Shown: positions 51,635 to 64,000 of the stretch, one piece after another
Numbering within the stretch: the first letter of the stretch is position 1
Layout: each line of letters starts with the position of its first letter
Source of the DNA: Lama guanicoe
Lineage: Eukaryota
Length of the DNA stretch: 64,000 nt
Assembly: GCA_013239625.1 (NCBI GenBank)
Contig: MU053652.1
Span: forward strand, 2,172,001-2,236,000
Direction of reading: 5' to 3'
Notes under the pieces: generated by a model
Told to the model about the DNA's origin: nothing
Databases searched by the model: none
What the model saw: only the letters and a program-made list of their open reading frames with translations
Made by a program: the position numbers and the translations under genes

Positions 51635-52197
51635 TATAGCATTGTAAATTAGCTACACTTCAATAAAAATAAATTTGAAAAATAAAAATAAAGCTATTCT
51701 CATAGCACCCAGACATCATGGTGATCTGTTTGAAATGTACAGAAAAACTGAATCAATCCCCATGTTCCTTTGTACCAGGAATTAACACAGTGTTGCAGGT
51801 CAATTATACTTCAAAAACAAACTCATAGAAAAAAAGATCAGATTTGTGGTTATCAGAGGCAGGGGGAGAGAGGACAATTTGGTGAAGCAGAAACGTACAA
51901 ACTTCTAGTTATTAGATAAATAAGTACTAGGGATGTAATGTACAACATGATAAACATAATTAACACTGCTGTAGGTTATATGTGAAAGTTGTTAAGAGAG
52001 TAAATCCTGAGTTCTCATCACAGGTTAAAAAATTTTTCTATTTCTTTAGTTTTTTTTATCTATATGAGGTGATGGATGTTCACTAAACTTACTGTGGTAA
52101 TCACTTCATGATGTATGTAAGTCAATCACGATGTTGTACACATTAAACTTAGACTGCGCTATAAGTCAATATATCTCAATAAAACTGCGAGGAAAAG
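51635..52197 (+). mobile_element. Short L1 tail (51635-51690) followed by an L1MA/MB-like 3' end (51715-52197)
   Basis: cattgtaaattagctacacttcaataaaa; then gatcagatttgtggttatcagaggcaggg...gtactagggatgtaatgtacaacatg...tatatctcaataaaactg. Confidence 0.85.
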
Positions 52198-53894
52198 CAA
52201 TGCTCTTCTTCAAATGATGGCAAACAAAGCTGTTTCCAAAAAAAAAAATTTTCAGAGTATTTTGTGAGTAGCTCATTCTGTTGCTCAGAGGAACCTCAGG
52301 GGCCCTGGGCAGAGCTGGGCAGTGATTGCACAAAGTCAAGGGTGCTTAGCAAGAAGCCCAGTGCTTCCACAGCCATTGAGACCACAGATGGGCCCCGTAG
52401 GAGTTGCGCATCATTTGCTTCCACTCTCGTCACTGGTTCGGCAGCTGCAGCTGGAGCCGATCAGAGAGAACTCATGGCAACCTGGGCCCTAAGGAAAGAG
52501 CTGAGACCTGCCTTTTCAGTTAACAAACATCTTCGAAGGATGAATATGGAGGCTTGAAGTTTTTTTACACTTTGAAGCTAAGACCATAACAGTAATAATG
52601 CTAACACCAGTCTAAGCTCAGGCTCCAGCAGAGCATTTAGTAGCATCCCCCACCTGAGAGCACCCCTCTTCATTTGTATTTTCTTTTAATCTTGCTCTTT
52701 ATTGTGTCCCCTTATTGCCTCTTATGCCTAAACTCGGGCTATGTGGCCTTCAACAAGGGAAATATGTTATGATCTTAATGGTATGCAATTTAATAGAAAA
52801 TTGGGAAATAAGGAGGAGGAAGTAGGCATGTTTTCCCGTGACGGCTGGCCTGGGTGCTGTCGAGGGCACTGGTGTGGGCTCTGGGCCTCTGGGAGCCACA
52901 GCAGAAGCCGACCTGTCACTATGGCTGCCTCCTGCTAGGAGTGGACACACCTGAGAGCTGGCTGCATGGATGGGAAGGGAGGCTCCCGTGTTGGAGATCT
53001 CATACCTGCAAGGGCCTGAATGCTGGGTCTGTGGCAATCAGTTGTATTCCACAGGTGGGATGGAGGAGCAGTTTGTTAAAAGCCCTTTGACCTGCAGTCA
53101 GCCAAGACGTCGACTGCAGCTGAGGCTACCAGCTATGAGCCCGACAGAGCGCTCAAGGAAAACCTGCCACCAAAGATGGGCGGAACTCTTCGGCTCTTCC
53201 TCCATCCCTTACGCAAAACAGCACAGGCCAGTTAGTGCCCCTGAAAATGTAACTGAGCAGGGGAAGCACGGCCTTCCAGACAGGGTTCTGTGAAGGTTCA
53301 CAGGACCCGGGGGTTCAGAGTTAGGCTTCCTCCAGGATCCTGCAAACACAGCCCGTCCAGAGCAGAAGCAGTGCATCCCAGATCGGAGGGGGTGCTGACA
53401 GGTTAATGGCAGAGCTCTTCCCAGCACTCCGACACACAGACACCCGCTCACTCTCGTCCCCTCCCCCAGGGCCTCTTGCTAATGAGAACAGATCTATAAG
53501 GCTGCTCCTGGAGAGAGCTGCTCAGCTGTCAACCTGGCTTCCCCCAGGTTCTCAGTGGGGCCTCCAGTTCCCAGAGCCAAGAGGCAGCGTTTGGCTCAGT
53601 GCTGACATGGCCAGATGCTGCGCAGAATTCCGGGGACACCAAGAAAAACAGGTTCAGTCTCTGAGGAGCTCCCAGGTAGCCGCGAGTCAGACACGTGCAT
53701 GAATTACCTTCAGACCAGCCACAGATGACCTGCCTGCCCTGGACTGGTCAGAGTTTCCCCTGAGGCTAAGGCTTGTGTCCAAGTTCTATGAAGGAGCTCA
53801 TCAGGATGGTACCAAGTAAGTGAGCTCTGCTCTGCCCTTCACTTTGCTCCACTCAGATATGAGCAATCTGTTCAGCAAGAAATTGGGAAGGCGA

Positions 53895-54094
53895 GACACA
53901 AACCACTGTGTATAAAATGAATAAGCAACAAGGATATATTGTACAGTGTAGGGAAATACAGCCATTATCTTGTAATAATTTAATGGAGTACAATCTATAA
54001 AAATATTGAATCACTATGTTGTATACTTGAAACCCATATAACATTGTAAATCAACTATACTTCAATTAAAAAAAAAGAGAGAGAGAGAAAAGAA
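53895..54094 (+). mobile_element. Artiodactyl-type L1 3' end with 18-bp TSD
   Basis: aagcaacaaggatatattgtacagtgtagggaaatacagccatt...caactatacttcaattaaaa; TSD aagaaattgggaaggcga (53877-53894) / aagaaattaggagggcga (54095-54112). Confidence 0.9.
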
Positions 54095-54986
54095 AAGAAA
54101 TTAGGAGGGCGATGTTTCAGATCTGTCCCCCAAGCACAGTTTTTCAAGTTGACACTAAAGCAAAAATTATGTATCAAAAAGAGACCTGGTGTAAATCATT
54201 TCAATCAGTTTGAACTAATTCAGATGGATGAGCCTCTACTGGCACTGAAAAATAGAAAGCCTGCATGAAATGATGAAGTCAAAGGAGACTGGTTTCCACG
54301 TGATTCTCCCCATTTCTCAGAAAGGAGACAAAGGGTCAGTGCTGGAACATCCCTGCTTACTCCTACTCCCATCTCCAAACTACATTCCCCAGAAGACCCT
54401 CCCTTAACCACGTCCACTTCAGCCCCACTTCAAACTTAGTGCTGAGCGCACAGAGACTATTCTGAAGATGGGGCTGTGTGTGGCTTTGCTGAGGATGGAA
54501 AGAAAGGGATGATTGATGTGCTGTGTGTATATTTCCCTGGGAGGAGTGGGGGAGGCTCCCTGGAGCCCTCCCCGGGGCAGAGATGGCAGGTAGAACAAAG
54601 TGATCAGGAAAGGCAGGCGATGAGCAGAACTGACAGGCCACCCGCCCCTGGGAAGGCAGATGCTCCTCCCCGACCTCGCCCGGCCCTCCCCTACCTGTCT
54701 CGAAACCTCAGATAGTCAAGGTAGCTATGTCATGCCACCTGGATCATTCACCTGCCATAGTCTTCTTTCAAATTAGGTCAATTCGTTTTCTATCCCATAA
54801 TCAACTTCACAATAACTTCGCTTTACATGAGCATGTCAGGGAAGGACCACTTTCCTGAGGAGAGTGGTTATCTCATTTTGTTGTCGCAGCAAACCTGGGG
54901 GATGCTGGGCTTTTTGGTAGTTTATTCTCCTCACCTGGCCAAAGAGGAATGGCGGCAGAAGGAGGTTGAAAAAAAAAAATTAAATA

Positions 54987-55306
54987 CAGTCAACCCTCTA
55001 TGTCTGTGAGTTCTGCATCTGTGGATTCAACCAACCACAGATGGAAAATGTTCAGAAACCAAAAGTCCAGCAAGTTCCTAAAAGCAAAACTTGAATTTGC
55101 CACATACAGGCAACTATTTATATGGCATGGACATTGTATTAGGTATTCTAAGTAACCTAGAGATGACCTAAAGTACATGGAAGGATGTCCATAGGTTATA
55201 CACAAATATTATGCCATTTTATACTAAGGGACTTGAACATCCTTGGATTTTGGTATGATGGAGGGTGGCCCCAGAGCCAGTCCCTATGAATATTAAGGGA
55301 TGTCTG
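54987..55306 (-). mobile_element. MER2B-like (TcMar-Tigger) relic
   Basis: ta|cagtcaaccctct...gtggattcaaccaacc...cattgtattaggtatt...agggacttgaacatccttggattttggtat. Confidence 0.88.
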
Positions 55307-56379
55307 TTAAATGAAATAAAACAAATAAAATAAAATAAAACTTTACAGATGTAAGACTAGAACCTCGGTCTCCAGACTCCTAGCCCTTTGCACTTATTGT
55401 GGCTGGCCGTGTACAGCCCACCCACGGAGATTATCTTTCACTCCTCTGCCTCTGTTCTCCTCTTACAGAACCTCAAGGACAGCTAAAGATGTGACTCACA
55501 TGTACCTGTGCCAATGCCCAGCTCTTCATGAAGACCTCATGACTTTGTCTGAGCTTTTCACATGGACTTGCTGATGCACTGTGGGGTGTTCTGCATGGGA
55601 AGGGTCCAGGACAGACACAAGCAGCAGCAATAGGACTTCACGGAGAAGCCCAGGGGGCAGGACCTGAAGATAGAGGTGAATAGGAGGGTTGAACAGCACC
55701 TATGGGCTCACAAGCACACCTGAGGGTCGTGGTGGAGAGCGAGCAGCAGGAGTCGGGCAGGAGGCAGGAGGCTCAGGGCAGGCCTTGCCTCTTGGGTGTG
55801 CCTGTCTGCGAGCTGGGAAGCTTTTAGCCCAGAAGAGCCTCTCCTCTCTTCTGGGCTGACTCCTGGAAATGTTTGGCTTAGAGCTTTCTCTCTGATTTTA
55901 GAACCCTATTCTTCCAAAATCCTAAATGGCCAAGCTCACCAAGTGGGTTGCTCCAGGAGAAAAGAGATGGGTGTCATCTGTGTTGGGGGCAGAGACAGTC
56001 CCCACAAGGGGAAAGGACCAGAGAGGGAGGGAGAGATGGACCTCATGGTGACAATTCACTCGGAGACCATCCTGTTCTGGACCTGAGCTGGACCAGGGTT
56101 GGACAGTAGTTTTACCTGATGCTCGGGATCAGGGACCGGGGACAGGACTGCTGTCCCAGGAAGGAGAAGCAGGTGTCCAGGCAAGACCCCCAGCCCAGAA
56201 GAATCAGGATAACTGTCAGGAAACCGGGCAGAAACTCAGCCCCAGAGGAACAAGCCTGTCACAGTGAGCAGAAAAGGATCCGCTCCCACCCGCCAGCAGG
56301 ACAGGGCTCATATCAGGCTGACCTGCTTAAATATCTAAACTTCTGGCCCAGGATCCTTTGGTCCTGGAGAGCCACCCCT

Positions 56380-56791
56380 GCCAAAGCCTTCCCTGCCCGT
56401 GTCCTTCCCTGGGGGGCCCCGGGGCCAGTTCGCGCGCAGCCTAGGCCTCTTACATCTCTCTGCGGAGAGCATCCTCTGGCTGCAGGAGCTGCTGCGGCCT
56501 CTTCTGAGGCAGGTGTAAATGCTTTCCTAGTGACCCTCATCTGAGGGATAAGACACCCCACTTCCATGCGACCAGGGACAAATTCCAAGGCACATTTCCC
56601 CAACCTCTCAGAGAGCTCCAGAGAGTGAGCCCCAATTGCCCACAGTGACACAGTGCCCCACCACTCATTAACTCATTCTTCCCTGCCCCTTCTTCCTCCC
56701 CTGCATCCTGAGATCGTTTCCCAAACAAACTGCTTGCACCAAAATACTACTCACCTCAGGACTGGTTTTCCAGGGAATCCAAACTAAGACA
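56380..56791 (+). mobile_element. ERVL solo LTR (LTR16-like)
   Basis: agccccaattgcccacagtg...tcccaaacaaactgcttgcacc...ctcagg...gggaatccaaactaagaca; the left boundary is uncertain. Confidence 0.7.
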
Positions 56792-56793
56792 TC

Positions 56794-57220
56794 TGTTATG
56801 GACTGACCTGTGTCCCCGGAAAAGGTATAATTAAGTCCCAACACCCAGGACCTCAGAATGTGACCCTATTTGAAAATAAGACCATTGCAGACATAATCAG
56901 TTAAGATGAAGTGACACTGGTGTCAGGTGGTCCTTAGTCCAGTATGACTCGCGTCCTTATAAGAAGAAGAGAGGGACACAGAGGCAGAAAACAATCATGT
57001 GGCAATGGAAGAGTGATTACAGGGATGCACCTACAGGCCAAGGAATGCCCACAATCACCGGAAGCCAGGGGAGTCAAGGCAAGGTTCGCCTTTACAGGTT
57101 TCAGAGGGAGCATGGCCCTAACAACCCCTTTATTTTGGACGCCTGGGCTCCAGAACCATGAAACAATAATTTTCTGTCTGTTGTTTAAGCCACCCAGTCT
57201 GTGGTCCCCCTGAGACAGCC
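56794..57220 (+). mobile_element. MaLR solo LTR (MLT1C-like)
   Basis: tgttatgggactga...cctcagaatgtgaccctatttg...gccaaggaatgcc...tcagagggagcatggccct...tgttgtttaagccacccagtctgtgg. Confidence 0.88.
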
Positions 57221-57369
57221 ACCCCCACCTCACCAGTCACCCTACTCAGTGGGAGGACAGAAGCTACCAGGTTTGCACTGGCTCTAAGAAGCAAAGACAG
57301 CTGCGGCCGTGGGCGTGGGGGAGTCTGCAGACTGTCTGTACCCGCTCCCCACTGCCATCTCCAGCCCTC

Positions 57370-57820
57370 TTAAGCCTAATACCACAATCCCTTACTGATA
57401 TTAAAAACTGACAAGGAATTTTGCCACCAGCACTAGCATTTTAATATTGAAAGGTTGCGAAATCTAATAAGAGCTACACGGAGGTTGATGGGGGTGGCGT
57501 TATTTTTTCTCCCCCTTTTGAGCTTCAATAGAACTGGGATTCAATAAGCAAATGTGACAGAATGTGTAATTTCCCCTTGATCCGCCGTGGCCAGGCATTT
57601 CCTGTTTAATAACCTTAAGCCAGCAATGCCCTGCCTTCCTGGAGCGTCCTCTTCCCCCGAGCATCTCCCCTCTCTCTCTTATCAGAATAATCCCTCATTT
57701 GAACGCAGCTCAGACTGGCACTTTGGTGGCATCTTATCACCGCTTGAAGACACAAAGGGAACACGCTGAAATATTATTTTTCCCCTTTGTGGAAAGGTGT
57801 TAATGAGACCTTCCTGCCAC
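57370..57820. promoter_or_regulatory. Putative conserved non-coding element or enhancer
   Basis: Repeat-free and AT-richer than its flanks, with many TAAT/ATTA and TGACA motifs and retained CpGs; compositional inference only. Confidence 0.35.
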
Positions 57821-58332
57821 TGCCCTGCCTGAGACGGCGGGAGATCCCTGATCCCAGCCTTTTGTGGTCAGATCCCAGCTTTAAAAACTGTCCATAAAAG
57901 AAGGCGTTCCTGGCCCATGCCCTACCCAGATGAAGGGAGGCCGGGGCAGAAAATTTCCAGCTAGAAAGCAACAAACAGCGGGAGGAGCCCACACCTGACC
58001 TGGGAGACTGGGCTCTGTGTGTCCCTGTGGGATACACACGTGACAATGACAGCCGGAGAGGCAGCGGAGAACTCCAGGGAGGGGTCTGGGCAGGCTGACA
58101 GGCACAGAGCGAGTGGCACCCCAGGGAAGTGTCCTACAGCCTGCTGTGGCCACCGCCCCCAGCCTCCAAGTGGGGCCAGTTCCAGAGAGCCAAGATGGGT
58201 GTTTTCCAATGAGCTGAGCCCCTGCAGAGACTGAATGAAATCCTTTGTTCCTGTTTCAGTTTTTCGGAGCAAGTCAATGTGAGCTTTGCGAGTCCTCAGA
58301 AAAGTGGTTTGAAGTGTGTGAGTGAAACCACC

Positions 58333-58701
58333 TTTTATGGGATGAACTGTGTCTCCCCAAAATTCATGTGTTGAAACCTAAATCCCCAATGTGACCATAT
58401 TTGGAGATAGGCCCTTTAAGGAAGTAACTCAGATTAAATGAGGTTCAATATGGTCCAATAATACAATATGACTAGTGTCCTTATAAGAAGAGGAAGAGAC
58501 ACCAGAGATGCACAGAGAGAAAAGGCCACATGAGGACACAGTGAGAAGGTGACCATCTACAAGCCAGGAAGAAAGGCCTCAGGAAAAACCAAACCTTGAC
58601 CTTGGACTTCTAGCCTCCAGAACTGAGAGAAAATTAAATTCTGTTGTTTAAGCTACCCTATGTGTGGTATTTTGTTACAGCAGCCTGAGCAGACTAATAC
58701 A
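58333..58701 (+). mobile_element. MaLR solo LTR (MLT1A/B-like)
   Basis: tatgggatgaactgtgtctccccaaaattcatgtgttgaa...ttggacttctagcctccagaact...cagcctgagcagactaataca. Confidence 0.9.
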
Positions 58702-59479
58702 CTATCCTTCATTCTTACCCCAATCCTCTCACTAAAGCTCAAAGAGGGTAAGTTACTTGTCGCAGATCACACAGCTTACTCATGGTAAAACCAGAATTAA
58801 AACCCAAGGCCCCACTCTCAGTTCTGTGCTAATTCTGCTCCACCAGATTCTTCACAAAAGAACAAAGAACTTGCACTACCCATTAAACACAAACACACAC
58901 ACGCTCAAAAGCACCTTAATCTTTAATAAAGGAGTAAAAATCCCTGACCGCCACTGTTCTGAGTACTCCTAGGCAGGAATGATAGAGCCTCTTCATTCTC
59001 TGCTACACAAACCACCATGGTGAGGACTTGGTATTTACTTGGATAAACAGTAATCTCCCCGAGAATGGCAGCCAGCCTCTGAGGGTCACCTGACTGATAA
59101 CATTTGCAGTTGCTATGTTACTCAGCTCCTAATTTACTGTCATTTGTTACTTGGAGTTCCTGGAATTCCCTGCAAAGCTAAAGGAGGCAGACAAGGAACC
59201 ACACTGGCTGAAGTGGGCACTGCCGGATTCCCAGTCAATTACACCCTGGCCAGGTTGAGTGTCCCCGCCAAGGTCCCCAGTTCTGATGGAAAGCAGGCTT
59301 CCCCCATGCATTCCCTACTGGATCCCTTCTCCTTGGGCCACAAGGGGAAAGGATGCTAACAGGGGTCGGGGGGCCATGGACATTGCCCCAGGTAAATGGA
59401 ACAGGATGGGGCAGACCAGAAGGCACCTGTTTAGGATCATCTCATGTTCAACATCAGTAGCCAGGAGGCAGAGACCACA

Positions 59480-59680
59480 TACTGAATGGAAAAAAGCACT
59501 AGATTTGAAGCCCAAAAACCTGAATTTGAATGCAGGCTCTACTAAAAATAGCCATTTGCCTTGGGGAAATGTTTAGACCTCTCAGAGATTCAGTTTCCTC
59601 ACCTATAATGAGTTTACAGAATAATGTAATGCACAAGGGAGCCTGGTCCAGTGCATGATGGGCTCTATGTAAATATTTGG
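59480..59680 (+). mobile_element. MIR SINE
   Basis: ggaaaaaagcactagatttgaag...cctgaatttgaatgcaggctct...tcagtttcctcacctataa. Confidence 0.75.
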
Positions 59681-60519
59681 TCCTTTTAGTGTCCTACCTG
59701 CAAGTGTGCCTTGGATGAGGGGTTGCCTTCAGTTCCCAGAGGGCTGGGAAGGAAGAGCTAGGACGACCACAGTGACAGACGAAGGCAAGAGAGAAGCACA
59801 GAACGACAGCAGTCAAGTAGAGAGACAGCCCCCAGCGCGTCCTGGGAGTCCCTGGCTTTCTCTATTTCCATGCAGTCCTGGAAGACTCTTTCGAGGGAGA
59901 GAGTTTTCACTTAGAATCACTGCTGGGAGGTGCAGTGATGATGCCAAGTGTGGGAAGTTGATGGGAAAGTGGCAAGGGGCAGGCGCATGCTCAGTTCTCC
60001 TCAGGGCCCCTGACTCCACCCCAGGGGCAGTCTCAGTAGAAGCCTCCTCCAGCCCTGTCCTCTTCATCCACCCTCTTCTGCAAAGGCCCAGAGAAGCATG
60101 GAGGTGGGGGAACTGAGGTCAGGGGTTGGGGGTCGGCACAGAAATTCTTCCGGATCTCCTCCACCAGCTCTGATAGATCCAAACTTGGACCAATAATGTG
60201 AACTGGCCCGTGTAGAGCAGAAGGCTGCGTGCAATTCTGATAAAGTGGATTATGTGGAGCTCTGCTGTAGGGATCTCATTTACCCACACTCTTCTGCCGA
60301 GCCTGTGGGGCTTCTGTCTGTATATGTCTGTCACAATATTTGGGAACAAGTTCAAAGAAAAAACCCTCCTCCTGGAAGGGTGTAGTTTGGTTTATAAGGT
60401 AATTTACTTGAAAACGCTCAGTATAAATCAGTAAATCAGTATAAACAAGATGGGATGTATGTAAAACTATCCTCTGAGTACACTTCAGTGGCGGTGAGCA
60501 TTTGAGGCGCCCTAAAATT

Positions 60520-60538
60520 AACACTCCAGAGGGCGCAA
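60520..60538 (+). promoter_or_regulatory. Candidate CTCF motif
   Basis: acactccagagggcgcaa matches the CCAGAGGGCGC core, CpG retained. Confidence 0.4.
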
Positions 60539-60969
60539 CCAGCACAGAGAGGCCTAATCAGGAACCACCCTCTTCAGAGCTGATTATTAGCATTTACAAC
60601 ATCAGTGTCAAAAATCTCCTAAGTCACTTTGCCACGTGAAGATTACCATCAAGTGGATGAGCCTGGCCATCAGCATAAGCACCCATGCAATAGCTTGGAG
60701 ACTGGAAAACAGCCAGGTCTGATCAAGGTGACCAGAGCAGTCCTCAGGACGGGCGTGCAGCTAATGAAGGCTGTGATCTGATCAATGCCCTGGCAGATGC
60801 TCCTTTCTCTAGATTCTCCAGATAGGATCACGCTTCTGTAAGCTTGTCCCTCCTTCAAGGCTTCTGCCAGCACTGACCAGGGGAGAGGGGCTCCGCTCAC
60901 ACCCAGGTGCTCTGGTCCACGTGGTGGGAAAACCTGGGCAGCTGGAGATGCTGTAGGGTGTGTCATCAG

Positions 60970-61460
60970 GGACAAGCCCTGTAATCAGACTGGCTGCTTT
61001 AAATCCTGCCCCAACCATTCATTAGCTGTGGGCCCTGGGCATGTGGCTTAACCTCTCTGTGCTTCAGTTAATAGGTAAAGAGCTTAGAATCATGCTCAGC
61101 AAATATTAAATCCATTATTAAGCAGTGTTATTAATTATCAACCCATAGAGGAGAGTTGAACAGCAGGTCATCCAAGTTCCAAGACACCACGTTTTATTAT
61201 GATAATAATAACACCTACTTTTTAAGGAAAACCTGTATCAAAATAAGCACACTCCACTAGCTCCTTTACATATATTCACTATTAACTCCTAAATCCTCAC
61301 AACTCTTTGGGGGTAGCTATTGTTATACCCATTTTGCAGATGATGAAGGTGAAGTCTAGAAAGGTTAAGTGACTTGCTCCCTGCCACACAGCCTAAAGCA
61401 GGGGAACCAGGATGTAAACCAAGTCCATGTGACCCCAGAGCCTGGGTTCTTAACCACCAC
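60970..61460. mobile_element. Two MIRs: + strand at 60970-61140 and - strand at 61200-61460
   Basis: ttagctgtgggccctgggcatgtggcttaacctctctgtgcttcagtt; and acccattttgcagatgatgaagg...aggttaagtgacttgc. Confidence 0.8.
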
Positions 61461-61639
61461 AAAGCCCACGTCTCCTAGGAACACCTCACTGCTTTCTGGG
61501 AGAGGCTTGGCTCTTCATGTTGACTTTTCTACCAGGGAGAGAGCGTCCTCCCTCCTTGGCAATTCGATCTCCCACTCTGCATGCACACATGAGCATTCGG
61601 GTATATTATGCGTCAGTCTCTATGACCCCATGCGGGTAG

Positions 61640-61805
61640 GGGTGCCTGGCCTTGGCTGTACATTAGAGTCGTCTTTTAAAAACCTAGTGCTAAGGTCACA
61701 CTCTGGACCAATTAAATCCAAATCTCAGGGACTGTGATCCAAGCATCTATATTTTTTACAGCTCCCCATGTAATGACAATGCTCCTCGAGGTTGTGAACC
61801 ACTGG
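61640..61805. mobile_element. MER5-family (hAT-Charlie) relic
   Basis: cttggctgtacattagagtc...gaccaattaaatc...gctccccatgtaat...ggttgtgaaccactg. Confidence 0.65.
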
Positions 61806-62780
61806 ATTAGGTGAACCAGCAAAGCTGAATCTAACAGACTCCTGTAGAATCAAGCAGCTGATCCTACAACATCCAGGGCTTTGAGTCCAGCCACCATGAC
61901 TAGGCATGTTCCCGTTGACAACAGCATCACCCTCTCAATTCTCAGAGCGGGGATCCTGGGGATAAGCACCCAGCTCAGATCGAGGCTTTGCCTCCCTCCC
62001 TACAAAAAAAGAATGGTCTACGGGAGCCTGGACTCTCCCCCTCGCACCCCTCGAATCCTGCCCTAGCATCAGCCCCTCCAGGCAGCTCATATCAGGCCCT
62101 TCGTCAGTCTCCCCAACTCACACACCACATTTGAATCTGGACATTCGGCTATTATCCTCAAAATGAAGGATCAGGCTTTGCCTGAGACATAATGAGTTGA
62201 ATACAATTTTATGGGTCTCTCTGGGAAGACCAGGTGGGGGGCTGGGGCAGAGAGGGAGGGAAGGAGGAGGGCAGATGGGTAACAATTCCTGAGTCTCTCT
62301 CCAGGGGCAGATAGAAAGGCTAAAGCAGAATCCTCAGAAGACGCAGGCAATCAGCGACATTAGCATACAAACTGCCTCCTCCAGACATCAGCTCTTGGCA
62401 GCCAAGGACCCATCAGAGGCAGCAGGCTCTTATCCCTGCAATAAATACTTATGAAAGCTTGCTGATGCCAAACCTCTTGGGAGGCCTGCGGGGAGGGGAG
62501 AGCTGCCCCAGAGCTGAGGACTCGGGACTTGAGAAATGGTCAGAAAGAGTGATGGGCTGAGGGTAGAGGGAAGATGGAGAAGCCAAGGCAGATACGGGAA
62601 CCATGTTAGTGCCAACAGAGGACCTGAGTGAGGAGTGAAGGCCCCACTGGCCCGCTGTGGGATGCGGAGCCTGGCACTACCTCTCAGCACACCTGCTTTG
62701 TAAAGTCAGAGGACAAAAGCCCCTGCCCCCTAGAAGATGCTATACAGCAGGGCTCCCTACAGTCCTCACCTTCAATAGCA

Positions 62781-63310
62781 TGTGTCTGAGACAGCCTTGA
62801 CGGTCCCTCCGCTCTGCTAACCTTCAGACATGTTTCTTCCTGAACAGAACCCCAGCCTCCCTTCTCTTAGAGCACTTACTCTAGAAAAATGCTAGAAACT
62901 TGTAAATTCTTGTAACTAGAAAATTGTCCATTCTTTCCCTGCCCCTTTGAGATGTAAGTCTCCCCACCACCCGCCACTTTTACAAACCAAGAATGCTTTT
63001 TTCAAGGGCCTGGAAAGCATCCCTTTGAGATGCTATTACCTAAGGAGAGAGCACACTCCTTTCTCCCAGTTTCCGTGGGAGCTGAGGAGCCCACCTTCAT
63101 AAGCCACAATCAGCAATCACAGATGTCCTGATTACATGAACCAACCTCCCCCCTAAAGTCCTGGAAGACTTTCCCACTTGTTCTTCCCAGTGCTTAAAAC
63201 TCTCCGCCTTTTGTTTCAACAGAGTCAAGTTTAGTCTCTCTCCTCTATTGCATTAGTCGTGAATAAAGTCTTCTTTTCCTCTTTAACTCTGTTGCAATTT
63301 TTCTCTGACA
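62781..63310 (+). mobile_element. ERV1-class solo LTR (MER31/MER67-like)
   Basis: cccttctcttagagcacttact...gccccttTgagatgta...ctctctcctctattgca; AATAAA at 63262-63267; ends ...tgaca. Confidence 0.7.
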
Positions 63311-63524
63311 CAAAGAAAGAACTCCAAAAAAATAGACAGGCCAGAGGCCTCTGAACCCTGGGAATTGTGGTCTGGCCAGTTAACTTCTACAGACCACCTT
63401 TGGGGAAACCTGTTTGGCCATGGATGGTCCCTCAGCAGAGGAATATGAGCCCCAGAAGTTACCTCAGAGATCATTTAATTCAAACCCCACCTTCTTATGA
63501 AGGAGAAAGCTGGAGTTCAGAGAT

Positions 63525-64000
63525 GCAGACCAGCTACAAAGGTGCAGGGCCCAGTGCCAAATGAAAACATAGAGCCTCTTGTTCAAAAAGTAGGAATGAC
63601 ACCCTTTTCCTTTCGCACACAGTCTCTTTCTCAGTTGGTCTTGATTTTCTTATGTGCTATTTGTCACCCCGCCTTGGATACGAAACACTCACTGAATGAA
63701 TACAGACCCTCCCAGGGGGTGGGGTAAACACACCCAATGCCGTCTGTCACTGCACCCACACACAGGCCCCTACCAGGAGCAGAGGGCAGCAGCAGAGATC
63801 ACTGGGCGGGAGGGGCAGCAGGCAGCTGATAACTGGTCCAAGTGCACACTCCATTGTCCCGTGGTCTTCACTTACAAAACACAAATTCCGAAAGAAAATT
63901 CTTAAGACTATCAGAAGAGCACTGACCTCCAGGCACAGGGCCCCCTTCTGAGCACAGGGCCTTGTGCTGCTGCAATAGTCACATACCCATGAAGCCAGCC
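63525..64000 (-). mobile_element. MER45-family (hAT-Tip100) relic
   Basis: The reverse complement of the window end reads ggctggcttcatgggtatgtgact...gcacaaggccctgtgctcagaagggggccc, matching the MER45 5' end. Confidence 0.7.

Noticed and set aside
1..64000. A novel multi-gene biological system
   Set aside because: No coding genes, structured RNA arrays or unexplained periodic arrays were found. Observed structure is accounted for by known mammalian repeats, local duplications and putative regulatory DNA. Very short exons cannot be excluded by eye.

Overview
This window is mammalian non-coding genomic DNA, not prokaryotic. It is most likely camelid, judging from a tRNA-derived camelid-type SINE at 35873 and camelid/artiodactyl-type L1 3' ends. 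I found no supportable protein-coding exon, RNA gene, CRISPR array or operon-like system; the only ORFs with recognisable protein similarity are L1 ORF2 C-terminal remnants. Much of the window is interspersed repeat: L1, L2, MIR, MaLR/ERVL/ERV1 solo LTRs and hAT/Tigger DNA transposon relics. Repeat-free, TAAT-rich blocks between them resemble conserved non-coding elements of a developmental-gene intron or gene desert. The most notable structures are a 244-bp ~94% identical local duplication with a microsatellite expanded in one copy, a ~95-bp local sequence copied into a MIR, an ancient L1 with twin-priming-type geometry, a multi-layer nested transposon with readable target-site duplications (TSDs), a 24-bp minisatellite, a CpG-rich patch, and a strong + strand bias of L1/LTR insertions. 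Repeat family names come from recalled consensus similarity, not a database search, and most boundaries are approximate. I do not see evidence of a novel biological system.
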